Shown here piece after piece: positions 50,253 through 64,000 of a stretch of DNA of 64,000 bases. This stretch comes from Anthoceros angustus (taxonomy: Eukaryota > Plantae > Anthocerotophyta). The stretch lies in assembly GCA_010909165.1 (NCBI GenBank), contig MU008165.1, positions 1,426,001-1,490,000 on the forward strand, given 5' to 3'. The notes under the pieces are model-generated. The model did no database searches. It was not told the origin of the DNA and worked only from the letters and a program-made list of their open reading frames with translations. How positions within the stretch are numbered: position 1 is the stretch's first letter; each line of letters starts with the position of its first letter. The position numbers were made by a program, and so were the translations under genes.

Positions 50253-52100
50253 ATGGCCTGCCTTGGAGTGCACAATGCGGGGCTGCGCAGATGCGCGCTG
50301 GCCTCACCCGAGCTCGCCTTTTCCAGGAGACTCTACTTGGAGGAGCATGCGAGTGGGAGCAGTGTGCGGGGCTGGCCCGCGCCCAGGGAGGCGCTCAGGC
50401 TGGCCCGGCAGCGGGGCCCGGGGCCCAGGCAGGCGGTGGCGGATTTCGGGGCAAGCGAGGTGAAGCTTGCGGAGGAGCCGTTTGTGCAGGATGTTGCCAG
50501 CGGGATCACCATTTCCGCGTATGATTGGGAGAAGGAGTGGTATCCCATGTACTTGGAGAAGGAGATGCCCACGGACGCCCCGTTGGGGTTGACGGTGTTT
50601 GATCGGCCGTTGGTGTTGTTCTATGATGGGAAGGGCGTGTTGAACTGCCTGGAGGATCGGTGCCCTCACAGGTAAGGAGTTCGTGGAATTGGGGATGGGA
50701 TGGAGTTTTGAGGTGAGGCTGGGTGAGTGGAATGCCTAAACTAGTTGCATGGAGGTGGATGCATGTAGGCGATGACGGTGTTGCCCTCTTGTACCAGGGC
50801 AGCTAAGCTCTCGGAAGGGCAGGTTATAGATGGTAGGCTGGAGTGCCTCTACCACGGGTGGCAGTTTGAGGGGGATGGATCCTGTGCCAGGATTCCGCAG
50901 GTAGGGTTGCTGACACCGGCATGGAGTTGGGGGCTTTTGGAATGGGAGCTGATGTGGTTTTTTTCTTTTGTGGCTGGGATGCAGTTGCTTGCCGGGGGGA
51001 AGATCCCCAGTGTTGCGTGTGCCCGGTCTTATGCGGTGCAAGTGTCGCAAGGGGTGATTTGGGTGTGGTTGGCGGATAGGGGATCTGCTGATACCGAGAA
51101 GATCCCTTGGTTTGAGCACTATGCGAGGGAGGGGTTCCAAGACATCTCGACCATCCACGAGTTGCCGTATGATTATTCCATTTTGCTGGAGAATCTCATG
51201 GATCCGGCTCACATTCCGATCTCCCATGACAGGACGGACCTGTCTGGGAAGCGAGAGAATGCCCAGCCTCTGCTGTTCGAGGTGATGGAGCGGTCAGCAA
51301 GAGGGTTTGTAGGGAAGTGGGGGGAGTCTAAGGGCGGACAGCTGCTCAACACCACCCGGTTTGAGGCACCCTGTGTGTTGCGGAATGACAAGGAAGTCAC
51401 GGGGAAGGATGGGGAGAAGACCTATTTCAGTGCATTGTTTCTGTGCCGACCGGCAGGGCAAGGGAAGTCCATGCTCATTGTCCGCTTTGGCAGCACACAG
51501 TTCGGCAACAGGCTCAAGTTCATTCCGTCGTGGATTGTGCATAAAACTTCCAACACAGTCTTTGAGCAGGACATGGGCTTTCTGTCGTCGCAGAACGAAA
51601 CTCTGGTGCGGCTGGGCGTGGCCACCAAGGACCTCTACCTCAATCTCAAGTCGTCCGACACTTGGGTGCTGGAGTTTAGAAAATGGATGGATAAGGTTGG
51701 CCATGGCATGCCGTACTATATAGGTCACCGAACCGCAGCAGCACCACCGTCACCCGCAGTGTTAGAGTACGCCCCAGCAGGGCCTGTTGCTGCAACTGCT
51801 TCCTCCTATCCTTCTAAGGGTTCCTTCGGGCACCTCTATGCTCGGGATCCCACCAACCGGTACTTCCGGCATGTTATTCATTGCAAGGATTGCAGGAGTA
51901 CGCTGGCCAGCTTCAAAAAGTATCAGGAGTGGTCGCTTTTCGCTGGAGTTATATCAGCTTCCGCTGCTATCGTCCAACGCAGTGGAGCCTGGAGGACCAG
52001 CTTGGTCGGGCTCGCTTTGCTGCTCTTCACCATTTCTTGGGCACTGTACAAAGGGCAAGACGTTTTCACAACCAACTTCGTGCGGAAGCATCGTGTTTGA
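50253..52100 (+). CDS. TIC55: TIC55, chloroplast Rieske non-heme iron oxygenase (PAO/CAO family); exons 50253-50671, 50798-50900, 50985-52100
   Basis: YDWEKEWYPMYL..DAPLGLTVFD; Rieske CPHR...CLYHGW; mononuclear Fe site ENLMDPAHIPISH; VFEQDM; RYFRHVIHCKDC; two C-terminal TM helices. Confidence 0.92.
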
Positions 52101-52718
52101 AATAAGGCACAGCTTGGATTAAATTTGGGGCTGCAAATGGGTCCCTTGTAAACTTTGTACTACTAGATTCTCTGGCTTTCCTGTCACAGGTGTAGACAGT
52201 TGTTGTGCCGCTTTCTGTGAGGTGAAGCTTGTCTGTACACAACTCACCCATCTTGGGGTGCGGTGCAAACTGCGCCCTGATGTTGAAGTTTTCTCAGTAG
52301 TTGGTACACAATGTTCTTATCTGCAGTAATGATGTGCTCCAGCAACCTGACAGGTTGCCCAATCCAATGATTTCAACCTCAATGCATGGGGACAGGCAGC
52401 TGCCTACCTACAAGGTAATAAAGCTCGATCTGACAGCCATCTTTTGTAGGCTGCATTGCATCGTTGTCTGCTCCAGTCATCCCCTGCTGTTGAGAGTAGA
52501 GTACGGCGTCTGGGGAAGGTAACCCCGTTCACACTCGTCGGGCGGAGGCAGGAGTGCAAATTTTTAAACCTCTGGAGATCGTGCTCGGCCATCCTCAGGA
52601 GGTTGGGTGTCCCGCTCCTCGCTTCTTGATGCGCTCTTACTCTTGTGCGAGTATGACTTCATCTCTCTCCTTCTTGCGCCAGAGTTTTCCCCTCCCGCGC
52701 ATTGCTGAACCTTGTTGA

Positions 52719-54533
<1,815 letters not shown>

Positions 54534-55411
54534 GCTCGTTCAGGCCGTGTCCTAGTTGGTGTCTGACGTGAGCTACACTAGCAGTGAGGCTATACTTGTG
54601 GAACATGGAGCCTCGGGAAAAAGCATTTCGCTTGCCCCTTTATCTGTAGTGTATTTGTTATGACGGTATGACTTGCCACCATAGGTAACATCTAGATAGA
54701 TATCTATTTCAAAATGCGTAGTTATTAAATATTTGAATATTTCATATCAAGTTTTAATGGTATGCTACTACCTAGGTAGTTCATAGATGCTGTATACCTA
54801 CCTAATACCCATAAAGTCTCCACATTCTCCTAAGCGGATATAATATGCATAGATTGATCTCATCCTTATGCTGTTAAAGTTATATAATTATAAGTTTTTA
54901 ACTAGATATATGTAATATAAAATCTTTTTTCAACTTAAGGCATGATGGGAATCGTGCACAAATGTTACAACACGATATGCTACATTACTTAGGAGCATTG
55001 TTGAAGGTCCTTCGAACTCGAACCATAATTTTGAAAGACAGACCTTCCTATTGCGCACAATTGTTATAACCAGATAAACCACATGGCTTAAGAGCATTGT
55101 TGAAGGTCCTTCGAACTCTAACCTCAAGGGGTTTCATATATCAATCACTTGCTAGCTACTGACCCTCGTTTTGACAAAAAGGAAAAGGAGGTTGCATGTC
55201 CCTAATGTCGGGCCTTTCTCGAAGAATGGTGTGCGCTCAAGCAATCCCTCTTTTGGAGGCCTCCTTCTTCTCGCGTAGGTGTCTTTAACCTCTAGGTGCA
55301 AGGACATGACTTTTGGAAACAAAAGACTCGACCCATGTAGTCCAAAAGTCGAGGTCCCCTCCCGGTCGAGGTCCCCTCATCGGTCGAGACTCATAGGCCT
55401 CAGAGCCCATA

Positions 55412-55567
55412 TGTAGGCCCCCCTCCCCTTGTTAGCAGCCCACCTGCATCACTATTAGGGTTTGTAGGCCCCCTCCCCTTGTTAGCAGCCCACCTGCATT
55501 ACTATTAGGGTTTGTAGGCCCCCTCCCCTTGTTAGCTGGCCACCTGCATCATCACTATTAGGGTTTG
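55412..55567. repeat. ~51-nt tandem repeat, 3 copies, each containing TTAGGGTTT
   Basis: tgtaggccccctccccttgttagcagcccacctgcatcactattagggtt at 55412, 55463 and ~55513. Confidence 0.9.
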
Positions 55568-57872
55568 AAGTATCGTGTATTACATGTCTTGTCTTTCAAG
55601 CCTACAAGATAGCATGAAAGGTTTCCATGGAAAAGGGTTGTGATCTTGTGTTTTCAAGAAGCAGTGCTTGAGCTTTCAAAAGCGGGCCCACCAAACCTAT
55701 GCTACTGGATAGGCATTTTCGGATCATCCTGGCTCATGCAACCTTGTTATCCCCTTGGCTATTTTATTTCTACATGACGTTCCACATAAAGTTAGCCACA
55801 ATCCTTTGCAGACACTTGATATCACTAGCAAAAGGGACTTTCAAGCATCAGGGACACAGTTAGTTGATATGAAAGGAGCCATGACAAAAAACAAACAGCC
55901 AACAGTTCATGAACAATGAAGCAGAATGCACACTCAAAGCCATGCCCCTGAGCGGGCTCTTGTCTCATTTTATTTTCGGTCCCATTCTTATTCATAAGGG
56001 TACGATTTTCTATGTTACAATTTGCAAAGCGCCAAAAGGCACTTTCACTTGAACCCTCCACTCCTTATCTTTTGTCTCATAAGCTGAAAGGTACTCTTCT
56101 CAATGTAACCTCTTGCACTATGCTCAAAGTATACTTCTAACACGATTTCAATTATCCACTTAATAGCACCTACCACATATTTTTAGCTCCTTCTATGCAT
56201 GAAGGGCTTTTCACTGCACGTTTTAACGTACGTAGTATAATCAAGCAACAAATGATAGGAACTTAAAAGACATTGTGGGGCAAACTTTAGCATCATCTGG
56301 GCCCTAGATTCAATGGCTTCTCTACGGGGACTTCATTTTTGTTGAGACACGCTTAGATATGAGTGGGGAGGCCTTGATTCTAACACTACTATTTCCTGAA
56401 GCTGGGTTGGTCTGAGGGATATTGTATTTCGAGTGAGTAATCTGTGAATCAAGCTACCGGCTCGGACACTTCGTGAGTCCTTGTCTTTTCTTGGACCGAC
56501 TGTTAGGAGAATCCTATTGCACAACAATTGGGTCGTATCTACTTCCCTGCCAAGTGGCTCTCCAGGGTCACCTTGTACAGCATCCTAGCAGGAACAAGCT
56601 TGTCATACCACTTCCCTATTTTGTTGACTCTCTCGGTCAAGGCTTCTGGGCTTAGGTCTCTCCCCAACTTTCCAACTTTCTACGTAATAAATTTGAGCTA
56701 ATTATCTTTGCTTGGTATAAAGGATCAGATCCAAAATATTTGGCACCGCCAAGAGGTAGAAGCCCTATGTCTGTACCAGCCTGCTACTTCGGTTGCCTAT
56801 AACTTGTCTTATCTACTTTGCTAAATGTCTTGTCCAAGATGATTGTAGAAGTGCTTTCCAACAGGCGATGATCTTCCTAAATTTATGGTATCTTGTCTTA
56901 ACTGTGCCTTGTATCCATCAACTAACAGCTGATCGTTGTATGCTACCTCGGATAGCTTAGTTGTCTCTCTTGTGCAGCAGCTGCTGCTCCCGTCATGTTC
57001 TGAAATGCTTGGCATGATTGTTTCGTCTTTCTACACAAGCCTGCCATATTGCACAGCTTTTCAATTTTAGCTATGATATTAGAAGCACCCACTAATTGCC
57101 GTTTGTTGGCATGCAATGCAAAACATTTGAGAGATTTTTATATTTCCATTGATATTGCTATGAGTGATACCTATGCAAAGTATTGAGTGTCATCTGCGCA
57201 TTTTGCATATACATATTTTGTTCAACAGTACGTAGTTGTGCGTAATTGTGCAATAAAACGACGATATTGGATAAATCGAGGGAGTTGGTTCCTATTTTTC
57301 TATGTGCGAAATGTGTCGGGGAAGGTAGTGTGGTTAACGCGGCTGAGGCCAAGTGGTCCGAGAACGGGACCACGCGGCTGGCAGCACCTGCCTGATTCGA
57401 CTGAACAATATCTGCCATAAAATTCCAGAGGCATGGCACATGCATGTGTCATGTTATAGGGGTTAGCGGAGATATAGTTGGACATAGCAGCCTAAAGTAG
57501 AGGCACGCAGGAAGGGAAGGAAGGTTGGAGCGTGGGGGTTGCCGCCGGGTTCGGGGCTTGAGCATAAACAGTCCTCGAAGCCCTGCCTCGTCCACAGCGG
57601 CGGATTTGCGGATTTGCTGCTCTTTTCCACCTCACCTCCGCCCCGCAGCGGAGCGGAGCGGACGCGGACGCGGATCTGCTATCTGCTTACCCTCCCTTAG
57701 GGGCAGGCGCGGCGTGGCTAATTGCTGCACCAGATTGGAATTCTTGTGTATGCATCGGCACAGTGAACAGCTTGGCTGGCGGAGCAATGCAGGGCAAGCT
57801 GGAATTCCATGGCTAGATCAGCATTTTGGCTGCACTTATATCTCGGGGCTTGACTCGTGACCCGGTTCTAGT

Positions 57873-59437
57873 ATGCCGCCCCCAGTTGCCGAGGCTCCGG
57901 AACCGGCCACCCGGAGCGCCAGCTTCAACCGAAGGGAAATTATGATCACCTTGGCAGGTCTTGTTCTTGTTATTCTCACGCTCTTCAAGGGGAGAGCTAA
58001 TGCGTCAATCTTGCTTGTCTCTACTGCAAACGAGACTTGGACCTTCCCCGATATGGAGGCCAGCTTCGGTGAGATGTCACATCCGTTTCTTGGCTGGTTT
58101 TTGTGTTGTCGGCACGGTGTGTGTCGTGATTAGGTTGCCTTCAGATTTGGACTTCCGTTGCATTTGATCAATTTAAACTTCTTCCTTAGCCATGCACTCG
58201 TCAGAACCCCTCGGGTTAAGGCAGGAGTGAAAATTTGCGCGGGGGGAAAGATCGTCGTTTGGGCATGGATGTGAGGTGGATGGAACTTCCCGGTATTTTA
58301 ACACAGTGTTCTGTGCGTTTCAGCACCAAGGATTCCGAGCTCTGGGATTTGGGGAAAGCTGCAGGTCTCAGACCCTCCTGATGCTTGCACGGCTATTCAG
58401 AATGCCTCCGAGACGGGACACAATCTTCTTCCGTTTGTTGTTATAATTCGTGGAGAATGCACGTTTGAAACCAAGGTTCGGCATGCTCAGAATGCCGGCT
58501 TTGCTGCCGTCATTATCTACAATAACGTGGACGGCCGTGATCTTTTAACAAGTAAGTTGTCTGATTCATGAAGGTCTGTCGTTCCTGAAGGGCAAGGCTG
58601 AAGTGCTTGACTGTCCTTCTTACTCCATGTGGTCTACTTGATGGCCTATGGTGATGCAGTGTCAGGGAACACAGCAGGTATAAACATCCATGCTGTCTTT
58701 GTTTCAAAGCCATCTGGACAGGCTCTCTTGGACTATGCGGGAAACCCCAATGTGAACTGCAACATCACGCCAGCCTTTGAAAATACTGCCTGGTCAGTGA
58801 TGGCGGTTTCTTTCATCTCTCTCCTGGCTGTATCAGCCGTGCTTGCAACGTTTTTCTTTGTCCGTCGACATAGACTTCGACACCATGGCTGGAGAAATTT
58901 CGGTGCTGCAATTGCCAGAGAGTCTCTGGGGATGAGCTCAAGGGAGGTGAAGGCACTTCCTTCGCTCATCTTCAAGAGCACCTCGAACACAGGAGCTGAG
59001 ACTTGTGCTATCTGCCTTGAAGACTATGAAGCTGGGGAGAAATTGCGGGTGTTGCCTTGCCGACATGGTAGGTTTTAGTCAACAGAAGTTCTTCTTTTGG
59101 TTTGGTATGGGTGAGTCCTCTCTTGATGAAGCTACTGACATGTGTCTCTCGTCTTGTTCGTACAGAGTTCCATGCAGGCTGTGTTGATCAGTGGCTTATG
59201 ACCCGGCGACCTTTTTGTCCAGTGTGTAAGCGAGATGCGCATTCTCGAATTGCTGAGCCGCCACCGTCTGAAAGTACTCCCTTGTTAGCCACAGTAAGTC
59301 CACCTGCTCCTGTTGTCTCTTCCATCCCTGCAGCTACCCAAACATCTCCAGTCGTCTCCCCTTCTCCTGTCCCTTCGCACCCAAGAGGTTCACATTACTC
59401 TTTCTCATTTCCCAACCACGGAGAAAACCTTTGCTGA
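57873..59437 (+). CDS. RMR: RMR vacuolar sorting receptor / PA-TM-RING-H2 E3 ligase; exons 57873-58068, 58324-58551, 58660-59067, 59166-59437
   Basis: Signal-like segment, FPDMEASF|APR, PA domain [64 protein letters not shown]2 [13 protein letters not shown]|[16 protein letters not shown]. Confidence 0.93.
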
Positions 59438-60932
59438 TTGCCTCAGCCTTCAGGTTATCTTAACATCTTGGTTTCCTAGGCCTGTCTTTGTTCTGTTTTC
59501 TGGATGTTGTGCACCACTCTTAAGTCTAAGAAGTGGCACAAGAACAGACTGGCACTTTTCTTTTCAGGTTGGTGGTTGTGGACCAGGGTTTTTGACATTG
59601 TATCATATATCGTCCTTGTCGGTGCGGTGACTGACCTAGTGTTGTCAACCCGAAAAGGAGTGAGTAAATGTCGAGTGAGGGGTGCATAAGACGTTGTTTT
59701 GATCCTCATCTTCAGCCTCAAAAAGAAGCCCCAGATGTAAATGGTTTATTTACTCTGGTGGATTGTGATTGTAGCCAGCTGGAGGAGGTAGGAGCATGTG
59801 TCGTCCTGAAGCATAGGTAGAAGTCAGCTCAAAAAATGCCACAAAATGTCAGCATGAATAGTACTGCATCTATCTCCCGTTTAAGTTTTTCCCAGTGGAA
59901 ATGACTTGTCATCCGCGGTTTCGGGGCAAGTCGTATCTTGTACATTTGACCCACAACTTCATTAAAACCGGCTCCATTTTCTTGCAGTGGGGTCTGTTTC
60001 TTCTTGGCTGGCGACCTGGCCATTCATTCTAAGTTGAGCACGTACACATCTGTGACATGATGACCGGGGGCTGCGGCTGCGGCGAGATTGGGGGACCTGG
60101 GGTGATGCAACAGCACAGTCGCTGCACCAAAGCTTCCAGCTGCAACTGGCTTTTAGGTGAAATTTGTTCGTCTTATCATGGCAGCTCTCCGAGACAAGCT
60201 CAGGGAACAATGCGGAATGTATACACGTGCGAGCAAGCACGCTGCTGACAGACTTGCCAGCCAGAGCGAAGGTTCTCGGTACATACTCAAATCCTAGACG
60301 GGAGGTTAGCTTCAGATATGCCCGTTCGGCCGTTCGGCCGTTCGGCTTTCGACGAAGGAGAAGCTGATGGTTTTTGAAGTTCAGACAAAGTCATTTTCCA
60401 CGCGAAGCACAGCGCGCACATTTGCGAGGAAATAAACAAGTCCTTCCCACGTAGAAGTGTCATCAAATAATTTATGCCAACACAAGAATAAATCGAGGTA
60501 GTGAGGTCGTACACACTAAAGTGTACACGACACAAGAATGATGGTCTAAGCTACAACCCCACAAAGTCTTCGCATCTAAGATAAACTAGAGTACCTATTT
60601 ACACAATCAGTCCAGTCCTGCGTGCACACATGTGTAACTGATTGTGGTGGAACTGGGAGCCGGTGGCCAATTAATAGTTCATGTACACCTCTATGGACAT
60701 GCACCACTGCCGTGGATGAGCCAGAATGGGTCCCAGGTACAGTAATCGATCCCTGCAAGCAATGCAAGCAAGGGCGGCGGACCTTCACCTTGATGCGTGC
60801 CAGTGGCCTGTGTACTCCAGTCCAGGGTGCCAGCATAAATGCCCACCAACTTGCAGCTAGACAGGACGGGAGCTGCTGGGACCCTCAACAAGAGCTGCTG
60901 CAACCTGCATGCATTGTTACACCGCCCTCCCC

Positions 60933-63117
60933 TCAACCGGCCAGCTCGGTTGTTTCGCTGGACGATGTCACCACATCATATCTGTACACCACCAGCTTCT
61001 TCTTCTTGGAGGCAGAGTTGTCGATGGTGATGACAACCTTGCCGGGTGCGTGGGCAGGGAAGCTGGCGCTCAAAGGCCCCTCGGTGGCGCTTATTTTCTT
61101 GGACTTCTCGATGATGGTGGTGTAGCCTTCGGTCGGAGTGTACTCTGCAAAATAGGTAACATCCCAGCCTACCACGGACACATCCCAGTGGATGGTTGCC
61201 TTCTGCAGGCACAGCAATTGTCAGCCGGGAAAGGAAAACACAAGAGCAAGGTGACAAGCTGTAGGTGTGAGAGGAAGGAGACATTACCGGAGAGGGAGAA
61301 GGAATCTCGATGGTTTGCACAGCTCCGGCCTTGATGGTGAGCTCGGTGACGGCCGCTTCGAGCCCATCGAAGTGGCTCTCGCCGGCCGACTTGAAGCCGC
61401 CGTATTGAACCGGGACTTGCTCCGGAGAGATGTACCTGGTAAAGAGGGAACGATTACAAAAGGTGCCACCAGAGTGGAACAAGAGAGTGCTGAGTGTCTG
61501 CAGAGAGGAGGGGAGAGGAGAGGAGATGAGAGCATACTTGAACAGAGTCTCCGTGACCTTTCCCCCGGTGGCCACCACGAACTTGCTCTTGGTCCTCTGC
61601 GACAGGAAGGGGCTGATGAAGAGGGTGTAGGGCGCGCTGAAGTACCAGGGCACGTTGATGAAGATCTGCGGCAGCAGGCGGCATGAGGCAATGATGAGAC
61701 AGGGCAAGAGCGCGCCGGAATCGAGGTCACGCACCTCAAAGAGAAGGCCTCGGAAGAAAGAAAAGGAAGAAGTGCGAACGCGAATGCGAACCTTGCGGAC
61801 GACGAGCTCGGGGTAGTTGTCCTGTAGCAGGTTGACAACCTTCTTGAGCTGGGATCGGAGACCGAAGGGAGTTAGCTGGACGCTGTTCCGGAGATCGGTG
61901 ATCTGAACCATGGAGTGCGGGCCCTCGGGCGTGAAATTGAGGTGCTTGATCCCCTTCTCAAGAACCTGGATCCTCCAGCGGATGAAGCTGTCGATCTTGT
62001 CGGGGCTGCCGAAGGCGTGCTGGTACAGCTTCTTATCCTTGAACGCGCCCCACACATTATAGCAGACGGGGTGCTGGTCCTTGTCCACCCCGGACATGAA
62101 GGCGAAGCTGTCCAGCTCCGTCCCGAAGTCCTCCTCCAGCAGGCCGTCCGCGTTGAACGTCTTCCTCCAGATGATGGTCTTCTTCAGCATGGCGAAGGCG
62201 TCCTTCACCTTGAAGTCCCTAGCGCGCAGGAATTTGAGCAGGATGACGTTGGTCCGCTCATCCCCCTTGGTGTGCAGCAGCGGCACGTCCCACAGCGAGA
62301 TGTCCTCATCGATCGCCACCACGGGTTCCTCCGCGGCCGCGGCCTCCACTTCCTTGTCCTCCTCCTTTTCCTCTGTGAGGACTGCGTCGGCGGCTTCCTT
62401 CTCCTTCTCCTTGGGATCCGCAGGTTCGGCGGATGCCGCAGCCTGAGGCGCAGGAGCAACCTCCTCAACCTTGGCCTCAACAGCAGCAGCCTTTTCCTTT
62501 TCCTTTTCCTCTTCCTTCTCCTTCTCCTTCTCCTTCACCTCCGCCGCCGCCGCGGCCACCGCTGCCTTCACGACTTCCACCACAGCGGGCTCCTTCGCCG
62601 GAGCTGCTTCCACGGCCGTCTCCTTCTCCTCCGCCTTCTCCTCTGTTTTGGCGGGAACTTGTCCCTCTCCCTCTCCCTCAGCCTCCCCTTCCGCCTTCAC
62701 CTCCTTCTCCTTCTCCTTCTCCTCCTCCGCCTTCTCCTCCTTGGGAGCGGGGGGAGGGGGCGGCGGGGGCACGACGAACTCGTTGGCCTTGATGGCGGCC
62801 TCGATCCTCAATTTGAACTCCTCCAGCGCCTTCTTCTCGAAGTCCTTCAATTCCGACACGACGTAGGTCTCCTGCTTGAAGGGCGGCACAATTTCCTTCT
62901 CCAGCGACGCCACCGCGACCACCTCCTTGTCGGCCTCGGCGGGGGCCTCCTCCCCGCTGGCGGGGGCGACGGCGGGAGCGGGCTCAGCATCGACGGCGGC
63001 AGCCTCCGGCTTGGTCGGTTCCGGCTCGGGCGCGGGCCCGGTCTCCGGCCCCGCGGCGGGCTTGGTGGCCTCTGGGGCCAGCTCCGCGGGCGCGGCGACG
63101 GCGGTCTCGGCGGCCAT
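60933..63117 (-). CDS. PATL: Patellin (acidic/Pro-rich N-terminus, CRAL-TRIO/Sec14, GOLD), multi-exon
   Basis: ISLWDVPLL..DERTNVILLKFLRARDFKV, HPVCYNVWG, LLQDNYPELV, FINVPWYF, PFLSQRTKSKFV, YISPEQVPVQYGG, GOLD exon WDVSVVGWDV..AEYTP...GKVVITIDN..KKKKLVVYRY. Confidence 0.93.
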
Positions 63118-63351
63118 GGCTTCCGGGCTCCTTCGAGCTGGCTGTATACAGCTCGCCCCTTCCTCTCAGCCGGGAACCCAAGACGCAGCAGCAGCAGCAA
63201 CAGCAACAGTCGCAGCAGCAAGTGGGCCGCACAGCAGAAGCAAAATGCGGCAGCGAGGGCGAGGGAGAGCGCAGGGCAGAAGAGCAGGGGAGAGCTGGGA
63301 TGCAAAATGCGGGAAAGGAGGAAGGCAGGCGAGGAAGAAGAAGGAAAATGT

Positions 63352-63407
63352 TTCTCTCTCTCTCTCTCTGTCTCTCTGTCTTGCTCTCTTGGTCTGTCTC
63401 TCTCTCT
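63352..63407. repeat. CT/GT-rich microsatellite in the patellin 5' region
   Basis: tctctctctctctctctgtctctctgtc... Confidence 0.85.
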
Positions 63408-63559
63408 TGGGAAAAGGCGACGGCGAGAGCAGGGCAGTGTGCGTTAGTGTGTTGTGAGGGGAAGGAGGAGGCGAGCGGGCCAAGTTGAAGGCTCGCGGCG
63501 GGAGGCGGGCAGCGGGCAGCGTTTGTGGGCGGAGGAGGCGGGCAGCGGCAGGCTTTAAT

Positions 63560-63596
63560 GGGGGCGGGGTGACACGTGGCGGGCAGGATGAGTCAG
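63560..63596. promoter_or_regulatory. Candidate patellin promoter motifs: GC box, G-box/ABRE (GACACGTGGC) and TGAGTCA
   Basis: Clustered consensus matches ~450 nt upstream of the ATG; sequence match only. Confidence 0.35.
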
Positions 63597-64000
63597 GCGG
63601 GCACATGCCCAGGCCCAGGCCCAGGGCTGGCCCAGCTGGCTGCTCGCCAGGCTTGGCGCAAAGTCGAGGAGGAGGCGAGGCGTCGAGGCGAGTGGGGCAC
63701 GACGGACAAGGTGGCCAGCGGGGCTGGGCAGCCCGGCAGCCCGGATCGGGCGTTTTCATGGGCTTCGGCCCCGCGCTTCCTCCGCCCCACCACCACCCGC
63801 TCGCATCACACTCGGCCAGCATGAGATAAACATTGGGCGGGCGCCCCGGCTTGCTCCACCACCGGGAATGCCGCCCCCGGGCTCGGCACTGCCCGCTGCC
63901 GCTTCTCCTCCTTTCTTTCTTCAGTCTCCTGTGCCGGCACCGGCACCGGAGCCGGCGTTTTTGGGAAATGTCTGCCTGTTTCCCTCCTCCTCTCTGTCAC

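Noticed and set aside
56300-57020. Possible decayed coding or TE fragment on the minus strand
   Set aside because: Many stops and no motif I can recognise; cannot be supported without a search.
61915-63447. 510-aa plus-strand ORF antisense to patellin
   Set aside because: Shadow ORF caused by GC-rich, Glu/Ala/Lys-biased codons on the coding strand; low-complexity Leu/Arg product.

Overview
Eukaryotic nuclear DNA from a gene-dense land plant with short (~90-150 nt) GT-AG introns, most likely a hornwort (Anthoceros-like). The taxon is inferred from compact genes, LL-type PPR motifs, a CRE-type retroelement and axoneme-type tubulin tails. Genes: three beta-tubulins (two near-identical tandem copies 12,120 nt apart, plus a diverged third), ankyrin-repeat ACBP, a PLS-class PPR editing factor, a single-domain DUF26/Gnk2-like protein, a chloroplast RNP, pinin, tRNA-Thr(AGU), APE2, an AIFM2/FSP1-like oxidoreductase, a conserved unknown nuclear-type protein ending in RRSARL, cornichon, a Gfo/Idh/MocA oxidoreductase, PsaD, TIC55, RMR and patellin. 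Accessory DNA: a ~5 kb GC-rich, LTR-like element with a degenerate coiled-coil ORF but no gag/pol; a 5'-truncated CRE-type non-LTR retrotransposon; a foldback inverted repeat; a probable non-autonomous Helitron; a Ty3/gypsy relic; and many minisatellites. Several conserved genes show 1-2 nt losses in C-runs or CT repeats, which suggests residual long-read indel errors, so frameshifts should not be over-read. No clear-cut new system is proven. The strongest leads are the apparent concerted evolution of the tubulin pair with a hairpin-repeat 3' region, the coding LTR-like element and the HMGN-like RRSARL protein.
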